Of a DNA stretch of 64,000 nt, positions 29,719 through 38,448 are shown one piece after another. Origin of the DNA: Candidatus Bathyarchaeia archaeon (GTDB lineage: Archaea > Thermoproteota > Bathyarchaeia > Bathyarchaeales > Bathycorpusculaceae); NCBI GenBank assembly GCA_049515895.1, contig JBEKTQ010000004.1:64001-128000 (forward strand). Reading direction: 5' to 3'. The position numbers and the translations under genes are program-made. A model generated the notes under the pieces. It was not told where the DNA came from, searched no databases, and saw only the letters and a list, made by a program, of their open reading frames with translations. Numbering within the stretch: position 1 is the stretch's first letter; the number at the start of each line of letters is the position of its first letter.

Positions 29719-29809
29719 TTCCCTCCGCCAGCATTACCTGGTTCAGGTTCTAAGGGTCGACAGCGACTAGCCGTCCTCTCAGCCGGGTCTACTCCCAGCT
29801 CCCCGAGAA
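29719..29809 (-). ncRNA. TPP (thiamine pyrophosphate) riboswitch
   Basis: Minus strand TTCTC-GGGG-A-GCTGGG..CCCGGC-TGAGA-G-GACGGC..GCTGTC-GACCC-TTAGAACCTGAACCAGGTAATGCTGGCGGAGGGAA; all THI-box landmarks present, directly upstream of thiT. Confidence 0.93.
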
Positions 29810-29904
29810 CATCTTAATGGGATAATGTTTTTAGGATATATTTTAGTTTTCCTACCCGGAAACTTTAACCCGTTAGAAGCAAAGTGGAATCTGAGGCTTG
29901 AAGC

Positions 29905-30654
29905 ATGAGCAGCAAGGCAAAAAAGAGAGTTGGCTTGATTGGGTGCGGAGCAATCGGCACTGTCCTAGCTGAAGCTATCGAGCGGAAACTCGTTGTATGC
30001 GACGAACTGGTTGTCTACGACGTTGACGACTCAAGAGCACAAATGCTCAAGGGCGCCCTCAAGTTTCCAGTGGTAATAGCAAAAAGCGTGGATGAACTTC
30101 TCTCTTTAAAGCCGAAGGTTGTTGTGGAAGCTGCGTCGCAGCAGGCTGCTAAGGAATATGTGCCGAAAATCGTTTCCTCAGGAGCCGAGGTGATTGTGAT
30201 GAGCACGGGTGCCCTGCTCGGCCTGGCGGTTGACTTAAGACGGGTTCACGTTCCTTCTGGCGCCATCGGCGGTTTAGATGCTCTTTCCAGCGCCGCTTTA
30301 GCAGGCGTTGACGAGGTTATTTTGACTTCACGAAAAAACCCCAAAGCACTTGGCAAAGATAATGCAGTTGAGGCAGTTGTTTACGAGGGCTTTGCGGAGG
30401 AAGCGGCGAAGTTATTTCCAAGAGAAATGAATGTTGCTGCCACTTTAGCGTTGACTGTTAATCCAGCCAAGGTAAAAGTGCTAGTAGTATCAGACCCGGC
30501 TGTCAAACGGAACACACATGAAATTCAGGTTAAATGGCGATTCGGCAAGATGTTTCTGCGTTTTGCAAATGATCCGCATCCAGACAACCCGCATACCAGT
30601 GCATTAGCCGCCTGGTCAGCTATCAAACTCCTGCGGACTCTTCTGGAAACCTAA
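29905..30654 (+). CDS. nadX: L-aspartate dehydrogenase
   Basis: GCGAIG, VVEAAS, MSTGAL, PSGAIGGLD, FPREMNVAA, RNTHEI, NPHTSALAA. Confidence 0.88.
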   Translation: MSSKAKKRVGLIGCGAIGTVLAEAIERKLVVCDELVVYDVDDSRAQMLKGALKFPVVIAKSVDELLSLKPKVVVEAASQQAAKEYVPKIVSSGAEVIVMSTGALLGLAVDLRRVHVPSGAIGGLDALSSAALAGVDEVILTSRKNPKALGKDNAVEAVVYEGFAEEAAKLFPREMNVAATLALTVNPAKVKVLVVSDPAVKRNTHEIQVKWRFGKMFLRFANDPHPDNPHTSALAAWSAIKLLRTLLET

Positions 30655-30749
30655 AAAGCTTTTCTTCAGTTTACTATTTTTGCTCTTTCAAACTAAGCCA
30701 CCCAAAATATCTATTTGTCTACTTTTTCGTTGCGGTATTTTTTGCTCGG

Positions 30750-30857
30750 AAAAGTCAACTCATGCTATTGACTTTTGTTGACGTTAATTGACGGTGGTTG
30801 ACGCCTGTTGACTTTCAATGACTTTTATTGACTTTTAATGACTTCTATTGACTTTTT
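30750..30857. repeat. Nine (T/A)TGAC motifs phased at exactly 10 bp, preceded by one inverted copy
   Basis: Units from 30768: ttgacttttg ttgacgttaa ttgacggtgg ttgacgcctg ttgactttca atgactttta ttgactttta atgacttcta ttgacttttt. AAAAGTCAA at 30750-30758 is the perfect inverse of the start of unit 1. Confidence 0.9.
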
Positions 30858-30986
30858 ATGGCGCAACCTGCAAGTGAATCAAGCTTCTCCACAAAAAAGC
30901 AACCCAAAAACACAAAGAAAAAAACCGAGAAATCCCTCGCAGCTAATCAATCTTATAAGGTGATTCTGACTATGCAGTATTAGGCT

Positions 30987-31391
30987 GTGGTTTGGATGCA
31001 TATTTCACTTGCGCTTGTCATCGGACTTCTGGTAGCCGTAGGAGCCTTCCTTGTTTATGTTGCGCTCGTGGGAGTAAGTTTCATTGGACTAGGGGTGTCG
31101 GGTGAAGTAGAGCTAGCTACAACACTGTTCGTCGCAGCAGCAATCATAATTCTAATATTCGCCGCGGGATTCAGAGCCCAGTTTAGACGAGTAAGAACAG
31201 GTAGGGAAGCCTTAATCGGCGCTACTGGCACAGTAACAACCACCCTTAATCCCAGAGGTGAGGTCCGTGTTATGAGTGAGTTCTGGGAAGCCGAGGCTAA
31301 AGAAGGAACTATCGCTGCTGGTCAAACGGTGGAAGTCATCGGCATGGATGGCCTGACTCTTGTGGTTAAACCTTGTGAGCAAAAAGCTTAA
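30987..31391 (+). CDS. NfeD-like membrane protein (short form)
   Basis: TMs then TGREALIG..G.V...GEV...EFWEA...VEV..DGLTLVV; directly upstream of an SPFH gene. Confidence 0.85.
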   Translation: MVWMHISLALVIGLLVAVGAFLVYVALVGVSFIGLGVSGEVELATTLFVAAAIIILIFAAGFRAQFRRVRTGREALIGATGTVTTTLNPRGEVRVMSEFWEAEAKEGTIAAGQTVEVIGMDGLTLVVKPCEQKA

Positions 31392-31430
31392 CTGCATAGA
31401 CCACAGAATAGCTTAATTGAGGTTTGAAAG

Positions 31431-32285
31431 ATGGATCCACTTTTAATCGGCCTTATCGGCTTCATAGTTTTCATCATAGTAGTCTTCCTGCTAAGCGGAA
31501 TCAGAGTGCTAAGAGAATGGGAAAGAATGCCGGTTCTGCGTCTAGGACGCTACATCGGCATGAAAGGCCCAGGAATCATCTACCTTGTCCCAATAATCGA
31601 CAGAGCACCCCTAAAAATATCCACCAGGCTGGACACTATACAGTTCCGAACAGAATCAACCCTAACCAAAGACAACGTCCCAGTAAACGTAGACTCAGTG
31701 CTCTACATGAAACCAGTAGACCTGGAAAAAGCGGTGTTACAAGTAGAAAACTACTACCAAGCAACGCAGCTCGCCTCACAAACAACTCTGAGGGAAGTCA
31801 TCGGAAAACAAAGCCTTAACGAGCTACTCGCGGAACGAGAAAAAGTCGGCGCAACCCTTCGGGAAATCATAGATGAAAAAACGGAAAATTGGGGCATCAA
31901 AGTTACTGCGGTTGAAGTCCGTGACGTCATAATACCCGGTAACCTGCAAGATGCAATGTCACGTCAAGCACAAGCAGAACGGGAACGCATCGCACGCGTA
32001 ACCTTAGCGACAGCCGAGTTTGAAGCGTCACAAAAAATGATTGAAGCAGCAAAAGCGTACGAGGCAAGCCCAGACGGACTAAGACTTCGGTGGATGAACA
32101 TCCTCTACGAATTAGGCCAACAATCGCAAACAAACACAATCATGCTAATTCCCTCGGTGATGCCTGAAGCAGGCTGGCCTCCAGTTGGAACATACGGATT
32201 CAAAGACCTGACTGCTGCACAACAGGAAATGGCAAAGAAAAAACCAGCGATGAGATCGCAACAGATGCCTTCTGAACAGCCGTAA
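31431..32285 (+). CDS. Stomatin/slipin (SPFH) protein
   Basis: RLGR...KGPG, TKDNVPV, QTTLREVIG, WGIKV..VE, QAQAERER. Confidence 0.92.
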   Translation: MDPLLIGLIGFIVFIIVVFLLSGIRVLREWERMPVLRLGRYIGMKGPGIIYLVPIIDRAPLKISTRLDTIQFRTESTLTKDNVPVNVDSVLYMKPVDLEKAVLQVENYYQATQLASQTTLREVIGKQSLNELLAEREKVGATLREIIDEKTENWGIKVTAVEVRDVIIPGNLQDAMSRQAQAERERIARVTLATAEFEASQKMIEAAKAYEASPDGLRLRWMNILYELGQQSQTNTIMLIPSVMPEAGWPPVGTYGFKDLTAAQQEMAKKKPAMRSQQMPSEQP

Positions 32286-32291
32286 CACTAA

Positions 32292-33317
32292 TTATTGAGC
32301 GGCTTTTACTGCCTCAACCGTGCGTTTGAGTAACAGCGCCGCTGCTTCTTGGCTAGGCCAGCCTCCTAAGCCGCAGTCAGGACCAGTAAAAGTCATTCGC
32401 TCGCCATATTTTTCTTTGGCAACCTTGTACCTTTTCTTTATTGTTTCTTCAGGCTCCGCCATCTGGTTGGCTAAAGGTTTCTCTATGCCTTTCTCGTAAA
32501 GCTCTGCCAAAATGCCGTCGATGTCTGTTCTTGCGATGCCTACCCTAATCTGCTTGTCGGCACCTTCAAGCATGCTTTTAGGGACAGATTCGATGTTTTT
32601 CGGTGAGGCGGCGTATTCAAAAGAGAGGACATCAAGGTTTTTTACCCGTAGCAAGTCGTGCACTCCCGCCGCTGAATGCAGGTGAATCTGCCGAGTTGCA
32701 CCTGTGAAATCAAAGGCTTTCTCGAGCACCCCGCAAACGACGTCCGATGAAGCTTGGATATTGTTAAAGCCGAAGCTTGGCTCATCAATCGAAACCACCT
32801 TGGTCTCGATGTACTTGCCGTTTAGGACGCTGTTTTTCGCGAATCGCTGAATTGTCCCTGACAACCCATCCAAAACGTCTTGGTAGGGCGTGTTTCCGAC
32901 CTCATGTAAGTATTGCTCGAGCGGACCAAAAATTGAAACTCTAAGCTGGATCTTTCTTCCGAATTCTTCACTAAGTGCCTTGGCTTCCTGATTAATTAGG
33001 TACACTTCAGGCAAAACCGCCGTTTTCTCGTCCACAAGAAAGGACCCTTTCTCCATAGCCTGATGCAATACGTCTCCAACCTGCCTTAATCCATCGTACT
33101 GCTGAGGAAAATTCGCCACGTCCAAACCTGATGCGAGCTTCAGCTTAAAAGAATCAAGCACCACAGTGCAAAAGTTCTTCTCTAAGAAGGCGTCCGTTCT
33201 CAGGTTTTCACCATTGATTGCCGCTGTTCTTGCCAGCTTATAGGCAACGCTGAAAGTCTCCTTATTCACGTTGGGAGCTAGAGGGAAACTTCCGACATCA
33301 TCCACTAAAGTATCCAT
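32292..33317 (-). CDS. Core (folate-independent, MetE C-terminal-like) methionine synthase family protein, MesC-like
   Basis: DDVGSFP, SIDEPS, IHLHS, GIARTD, GPDCGL; single barrel of 341 aa. Confidence 0.75.
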   Translation of the reverse strand: MDTLVDDVGSFPLAPNVNKETFSVAYKLARTAAINGENLRTDAFLEKNFCTVVLDSFKLKLASGLDVANFPQQYDGLRQVGDVLHQAMEKGSFLVDEKTAVLPEVYLINQEAKALSEEFGRKIQLRVSIFGPLEQYLHEVGNTPYQDVLDGLSGTIQRFAKNSVLNGKYIETKVVSIDEPSFGFNNIQASSDVVCGVLEKAFDFTGATRQIHLHSAAGVHDLLRVKNLDVLSFEYAASPKNIESVPKSMLEGADKQIRVGIARTDIDGILAELYEKGIEKPLANQMAEPEETIKKRYKVAKEKYGERMTFTGPDCGLGGWPSQEAAALLLKRTVEAVKAAQ

Positions 33318-33385
33318 AAAGAAATAAGTCGATAGAAATTCTATTAAAGCTAACCCTACCTTTAGACCGCTGAGTGGTGTGGTTC

Positions 33386-33790
33386 ATGTCTGAATCCTCT
33401 TGCATATTTTGCCAAATAAATCGCAAAGAAGCACCTGCAAGCATAGTCTACGAGGATGAGCAGGTGGCCGCTTTCTTGAGCAACCGCCCAGTGAACGAAG
33501 GACACACCCTTGTTGTTCCCAAGAAGCATTACGTCAACATTTTCGAAATCTCTGAGGACGAAGCAGCTTATCTGTTTAGGGTAGCCAAGAGGGTTGCTCA
33601 AGCCGTAAGCGAGGCATTGGGCGTCGAAGCTATAAGGATAGTACAGAACAACGGGAAAGATGCTGGGCAGGTCATATTTCACCTGCATGTTCATGTTATC
33701 CCGATGAAGCCACAAAACCATTTCAAACGCGAAATCGAGCACTGGGCTCCTGAGCTGTTGGAAAAAGTCGCAAGAAAAGATCAGGGCTAA
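33386..33790 (+). CDS. HIT-family nucleotide hydrolase (possible 3' frameshift)
   Basis: CIFC, GHTLVVPKKH, NNGKDAGQ.IFHLHVHVIP. Confidence 0.9.
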   Translation: MSESSCIFCQINRKEAPASIVYEDEQVAAFLSNRPVNEGHTLVVPKKHYVNIFEISEDEAAYLFRVAKRVAQAVSEALGVEAIRIVQNNGKDAGQVIFHLHVHVIPMKPQNHFKREIEHWAPELLEKVARKDQG

Positions 33791-33904
33791 ATTAGCTGAC
33801 CCAAGATAAACGTTTCAACAACAGGCGACAAAAAGTGCGTTTTTCCCATGGCATAAATATAAAAGAGGGAAAAACAACATTGCTCATCGTTAAAGCTGAA
33901 TAAC

Positions 33905-34243
33905 ATGACTGAAGAATCAAACGATTCGAACACCAATGAACCCCAGATAGAGAAACTTTTAATCGATGACCCTTCAAGCTTCCAGTTCCACGCCGCATAC
34001 CTCGTCTACTCCGAAGCCTTCGACCATGCCGGCGAGGACGCAAAAAAAGAACTAAACCAGAACCTTGAAAACTTAAAATCGAACAAAATAGACCTCGAAA
34101 CATTCTACGTTAACATTTCACGTTACCGCAAAGTGGAGCAGATGCCGAGGCAAGGCGGAAAATTCACTGTTGCTACCCAGAGGAAGAAAGATTGGCGCAA
34201 GAAAACGCAGCGGCAGGAAAGAATCAAAAGGCACAAGAAATAA
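33905..34243 (+). CDS. Hypothetical protein with highly basic C-terminus
   Basis: 112-aa ORF after a TATA-like element; ends RKKDWRKKTQRQERIKRHKK. Confidence 0.65.
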   Translation: MTEESNDSNTNEPQIEKLLIDDPSSFQFHAAYLVYSEAFDHAGEDAKKELNQNLENLKSNKIDLETFYVNISRYRKVEQMPRQGGKFTVATQRKKDWRKKTQRQERIKRHKK

Positions 34244-34299
34244 CAAGATCTTAAGTATATTAGGTTAATTTTCTTGGAACATACAAGCCTTAACTTGTA

Positions 34300-34620
34300 T
34301 TGAACAAAAACTTTGCAGGATTGACTTTGATGACGGAGAAAAAAATAAAGTTAACTGCAAACGTAAGCAGCGCCAACCCATCAGCCATAAAACCTATTCT
34401 AGAACGAATAGTTGGCGGCAGTGGCAGCATAAAACCAACAAGCGATGGGTTCGACATAAACGCCGAATTCAAAGGCGAAAGCGCCAAAGTCTTCAATCGT
34501 ATGCTGCTTTCGGAGTTGCGCAGGGCAGAGAAGAAAACGAGGCTTCGTTCGGAATGGATTTCAGAAGGAACAATTGAAAAGTATTTTGATTACGTGCTTA
34601 AGCAAACAAGAAAAGCTTAA
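34300..34620 (+). CDS. Hypothetical protein
   Basis: Contains NRMLLSELRRAEKKTRLRSEW...FDYVLK; start may be ATG 34330. Confidence 0.6.
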   Translation: MNKNFAGLTLMTEKKIKLTANVSSANPSAIKPILERIVGGSGSIKPTSDGFDINAEFKGESAKVFNRMLLSELRRAEKKTRLRSEWISEGTIEKYFDYVLKQTRKA

Positions 34621-35948
34621 GTTGTCATTTTTTGCTGCTGGATTCTTCGGCGTATAATGTAGAAAGCTGCCCCGCTGGCCAGAATCACGAGACCCACTGC
34701 AATGTACTCTGGAGATAGAGCAAGCGCTAGTCCGAGGCACCCTGCAAGACCAGCTATGGCAAGAGCACGTGGAAAAGTTCTTTGGGCGCGTGGTAGTTTA
34801 AGTGCTGACACGTTGGTTATAGCGTAATAGAGTAGAGTGCCGAAGCTGGATACCGCCACCGACAGTACTAAAGGAGCAAAAGCTGCAACAACCAGCGTGA
34901 TAGCACCAACGAAGATTACGCTTCTCCACGGGTTTTTCCCCGCGCCAACCTTCGCTAAACCAGCCGGCAAGTCATGTTCCCTTCCCATGGCGAATGCAAC
35001 GCGGGAAACGCCTAAGAGGTCAGAGAGTCCCTCGTTTAAGGTTGTAAGCAAGGCGCCCCCAGCGACCAAACCTACACCTAAAGCGCTTCCAACAGCGATC
35101 ATCATCGCTTCCAAAGGTGAAGGTGAACTTGCCACTCCCGAGGCTCCCAAAACAGCGATTGCCGTTCCAACCACGAACAAGTAAAGGAAGGTGACGCCTC
35201 CAAGTGCTATCAAAGAGGCTCGAGGGATGGTTCGTTTCGGATTTTTCACTTCCTCAACCAGCGTTGCGATTCGGCTATATCCAGTGTAGGCAAAGAAAAG
35301 CAAACCCGTGGCACGTAGAACCCCAATAACTCCGCCAGGGGCAAACGGCAAAAGATTTCCTAAGTGAGCTGATGGGATACCGATCACGATGACAGTTAGT
35401 AGGGAAGCGATGGATAAAATGACAATAACACCTGTGATGCGTACGGACCTATGAATCCCAGTTGCGTCGAGAATGACCATAACCGCTGCGGCGCCGATTG
35501 CTGCTCCGTGAAATGGAATGACGGGCCAAACTGCATGAAGGTAGCTGCCGAATGCTAGTGCGCTTACGCCTGGTCCAACAGTGTTCGCTAAAAGGAACAT
35601 CCAGCCTGCGATGAAACCCCACCAGTTGCCAAGCATGCGTCTTCCAAACTCGTAGGTGCCACCTGAACGGGGGAAAACAGCCGCCAACTGAATGGAAGAG
35701 GACACATTACAAAATGCAACGAATGCGGCGATGCCGAAAGAAACAAGGATTGCGGGACCAGCCAGTCCTGTTGCAGGGGCTATAACTGTGAATATGCCTG
35801 CACCGAGAATCGCTGCGAGACCAGTAACTACGGCATCAAACAACGTAAGCTGTGGTTTAAGTGTGGCGCCTTGCGGTTTACCCAAAAGAAACCTGACCAA
35901 TAAACTATTGGGAAGACAAGAAATTAACCATTTGGTTTCAGCCAACAT
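34617..35948 (-). CDS. APC-family amino acid/polyamine permease
   Basis: ILGAGIF, PRSGGTY, FFAYTGY, EEVKNPKRTIP, ~12 TMs; true start probably downstream of 35948. Confidence 0.88.
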   Translation of the reverse strand: MLAETKWLISCLPNSLLVRFLLGKPQGATLKPQLTLFDAVVTGLAAILGAGIFTVIAPATGLAGPAILVSFGIAAFVAFCNVSSSIQLAAVFPRSGGTYEFGRRMLGNWWGFIAGWMFLLANTVGPGVSALAFGSYLHAVWPVIPFHGAAIGAAAVMVILDATGIHRSVRITGVIVILSIASLLTVIVIGIPSAHLGNLLPFAPGGVIGVLRATGLLFFAYTGYSRIATLVEEVKNPKRTIPRASLIALGGVTFLYLFVVGTAIAVLGASGVASSPSPLEAMMIAVGSALGVGLVAGGALLTTLNEGLSDLLGVSRVAFAMGREHDLPAGLAKVGAGKNPWRSVIFVGAITLVVAAFAPLVLSVAVSSFGTLLYYAITNVSALKLPRAQRTFPRALAIAGLAGCLGLALALSPEYIAVGLVILASGAAFYIIRRRIQQQKMTT

Positions 35949-35995
35949 GGATTCGTCACGAAGGCTTTTAAAGCTAAACAGCTTGATTCTGGTTT

Positions 35996-37351
35996 ATGGA
36001 TGACATGCGGGTACGCATATCAACTTTGAGTTTTGCGATTATTCTGTTATTGATCCTTGTTATTCCAAACAGCCATAATGTCGTGTTTGCAGCCGCACCC
36101 AGCCAAATTGCCTATGGCGCAAATTTAGCACAGATGCGTCCTCCAATCGATGATTTCGCATTCGCTTTTGACCCTAGCATTCCACCGCAGTATAGCGTTA
36201 ACTGGCTCAGAGAGGCAGCGTTTGTGGACCCAGTTCACTCGGCGAATTTCACGCGGTTGTTTAATCAGTACGAAGGATATGGGTACAATTGGGAGCTTAG
36301 GCTTGACATTTTAGCTGTAACCGATCTCTATGGAACAAACTGGACCCTGCCACAGTGGGACACCTACGTTACTACGGTAGTTAACGATTTCCCGAACGTT
36401 CATGTTTGGGAGGTCGGAAATGAAGTCTTAAGCGGACAAACTCAGTACAACTCGGGTTACCTTGCTAGCGGAAGTCTTTCGCTTGCTTACTTCAACATTC
36501 TGAAGGATGCCTACGGAATTGTCAAGCAGCACAATCCTTCAGACACTGTCATAGCTCTTGGGGGCCAAGACATTTTTGTCCCGGGTAACTTAGCGCTCTA
36601 CAATTCAGGAAGCTTCCAAGATGCTTCTTACCAGCTTGCAGCGCAAGTTTGGGCAGACGGAGGCGCAAACTATTGCGACGCCATTTCACTTCATATCTAC
36701 GGAGACAACACAGGCGGAGCATGGTTACCAAACGAAACCGTCACCTACAACGGCGTAACCTCGAAAAACACGCTTCAACAAATATGGAACGGATACATCA
36801 ACGAGTACGAACAATTAACGGGCAAGCCAATCTGGTTCACAGAAACCGGAGAACCCATCGACAGTCCGCCTAACGACTCGATACCACCTATAATCGGCAA
36901 TTCACTGGAGAAACAGGCCGCGTTCCTAACCCAAACCTTCACCTTCCTTTCAAGTTTCTCATTCACCCGAGCAATCTTCTGGTTCAAACTCGTCGGTCTC
37001 TCAGAATACTACACCAGTAATGGTGTTTTCCTTTTCACTTTGGATGATGGATTATTCAACCAAGATGGAACCGCAAGACCTGTTACCGTGGCTTTTCAAA
37101 GTTTCTCGCAACCAACACCAATCTCCTCGCCAACTCCAACCGCGCCGCCGAGCACCTCTCCGTCTCCAACTTCCAACACGCCTACCACGACACCCTCCCT
37201 GCCAACGTATGCGTCCTCCACAAGTTCGCCCACACCAACCAGCACAATCCCCGAGTTCCAAACTCTTCTTTTATCAATCGCTTTGGTCGTTTCAGTGACA
37301 TTGCTCCTTTTCTTTAAACTCACGAGGAAAGTCAAAAGCGGCTGTCATTGA
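35996..37351 (+). CDS. Secreted clan GH-A glycoside hydrolase-like protein with S/T/P linker and PEF-CTERM-like anchor
   Basis: Signal peptide; WEVGNE and IWFTETG catalytic Glu motifs; DAISLHIY; IPEF + TM + basic tail. Confidence 0.75.
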   Translation: MDDMRVRISTLSFAIILLLILVIPNSHNVVFAAAPSQIAYGANLAQMRPPIDDFAFAFDPSIPPQYSVNWLREAAFVDPVHSANFTRLFNQYEGYGYNWELRLDILAVTDLYGTNWTLPQWDTYVTTVVNDFPNVHVWEVGNEVLSGQTQYNSGYLASGSLSLAYFNILKDAYGIVKQHNPSDTVIALGGQDIFVPGNLALYNSGSFQDASYQLAAQVWADGGANYCDAISLHIYGDNTGGAWLPNETVTYNGVTSKNTLQQIWNGYINEYEQLTGKPIWFTETGEPIDSPPNDSIPPIIGNSLEKQAAFLTQTFTFLSSFSFTRAIFWFKLVGLSEYYTSNGVFLFTLDDGLFNQDGTARPVTVAFQSFSQPTPISSPTPTAPPSTSPSPTSNTPTTTPSLPTYASSTSSPTPTSTIPEFQTLLLSIALVVSVTLLLFFKLTRKVKSGCH

Positions 37352-37557
37352 ACCACTAAACCCAGACTTCCCACTCATGAACTAATGGCTCAACATTTTT
37401 ACGGTATGGTATTACAGATCCTCCTCTAAATCGGCCTAAGAAAACTTCTGTTCTTCGATAAAATAAAAGAAAAATTTGAAATGAAAAGTTTTCATAGGCT
37501 TTGCTTCAGAAAAGTTATTACCTTCAAAACTCACATATTTGCGATTAAGGAAAAAGG

Positions 37558-38448
37558 ATGGTTAAAGCTTCGAGCGCCTCTAAGCCACAGGATGCAAAAA
37601 TAGTCAAGGTTGGGCTAATTCAAACTGCTCTCTCAAGCGACATAGCCGATAACATGAGAAGGACCGTTGAAAAAGTTGAGGAAGCATCAAGGAAGGGCGC
37701 TCAAATCATCTGCCTGCCAGAACTTTACAGAACAAAGTATTTTCCACAAGATGAAAAACTAGACGTCAGTTACCTTGCTGAAACAGTTCCCGGAGAAACC
37801 ACGAAGACTTTCTCCGCGCTCGCAAAGAAGAACAGCGCGGTTATTATTGCGGCTATTTTTGAGAAGGCTTCAAACGGGAAACACTACAATTCAGCCGTCG
37901 TAATTGATGCAGACGGGAAAACCTTAGGCGTCTACCGCAAAATACATGTGCCGTTTGACCCCCTGTTTTACGAAAAAAACTTTTTTGAAGCAGGTGACAC
38001 AGGCTACCCTGTTTTCGAAACACGTTACGCCCGCTTAGGAGTTTTGATTTGTTATGATCAATGGTTTCCTGAGCCTGCAAGAATCAACGCCTTGAAAGGT
38101 GCAGAAATCCTCTTCTACCCCACAGCCATTGGCTACATTAAAGGAGAGGGCTCATCTGGCGGAGACTGGCACGACGCTTGGAAGACAGTGCAACGCGGGC
38201 ACGCCATCTCGAACGGGATCCATGTTGCCGCAGCAAATCGGGTAGGTGCGGAGGGGCAACTCGAGTTTTGGGGCGGTTCGTTTGTATGTGACTCCTTCGG
38301 CATAATGCTTAAAGAAGCAAGCAGCGTGGCAGAGGAAACCTTGGTTGTTGAGGTGGATCTTGCAAAAAACAAGCGGATTCAGGAGGGGTGGGGTTTCCTT
38401 CGAAATAGGCGACCTGAAACTTACGGAGAGCTTGTGGGGGACACCTGA
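37558..38448 (+). CDS. aguB: N-carbamoylputrescine amidase (carbon-nitrogen hydrolase)
   Basis: LPEL, YRKIHVP, ICYDQWFPE, YPTAIG, RNRRPETY; adjacent to agmatine deiminase. Confidence 0.88.
   Translation: MVKASSASKPQDAKIVKVGLIQTALSSDIADNMRRTVEKVEEASRKGAQIICLPELYRTKYFPQDEKLDVSYLAETVPGETTKTFSALAKKNSAVIIAAIFEKASNGKHYNSAVVIDADGKTLGVYRKIHVPFDPLFYEKNFFEAGDTGYPVFETRYARLGVLICYDQWFPEPARINALKGAEILFYPTAIGYIKGEGSSGGDWHDAWKTVQRGHAISNGIHVAAANRVGAEGQLEFWGGSFVCDSFGIMLKEASSVAEETLVVEVDLAKNKRIQEGWGFLRNRRPETYGELVGDT

Noticed and set aside
29714-29734. ORF-track ATG start for thiT
   Set aside because: That ATG is part of the conserved TAATGC of the riboswitch; TTG at 29713 has a properly spaced SD.
30768-30857. 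CRISPR array or coding repeat
   Set aside because: Units are only 10 bp with no spacers, no cas genes are in the window, and the period is not a multiple of 3.
37110-37250. DNA tandem repeat
   Set aside because: Low-complexity S/T/P linker coding sequence without a regular nucleotide period.
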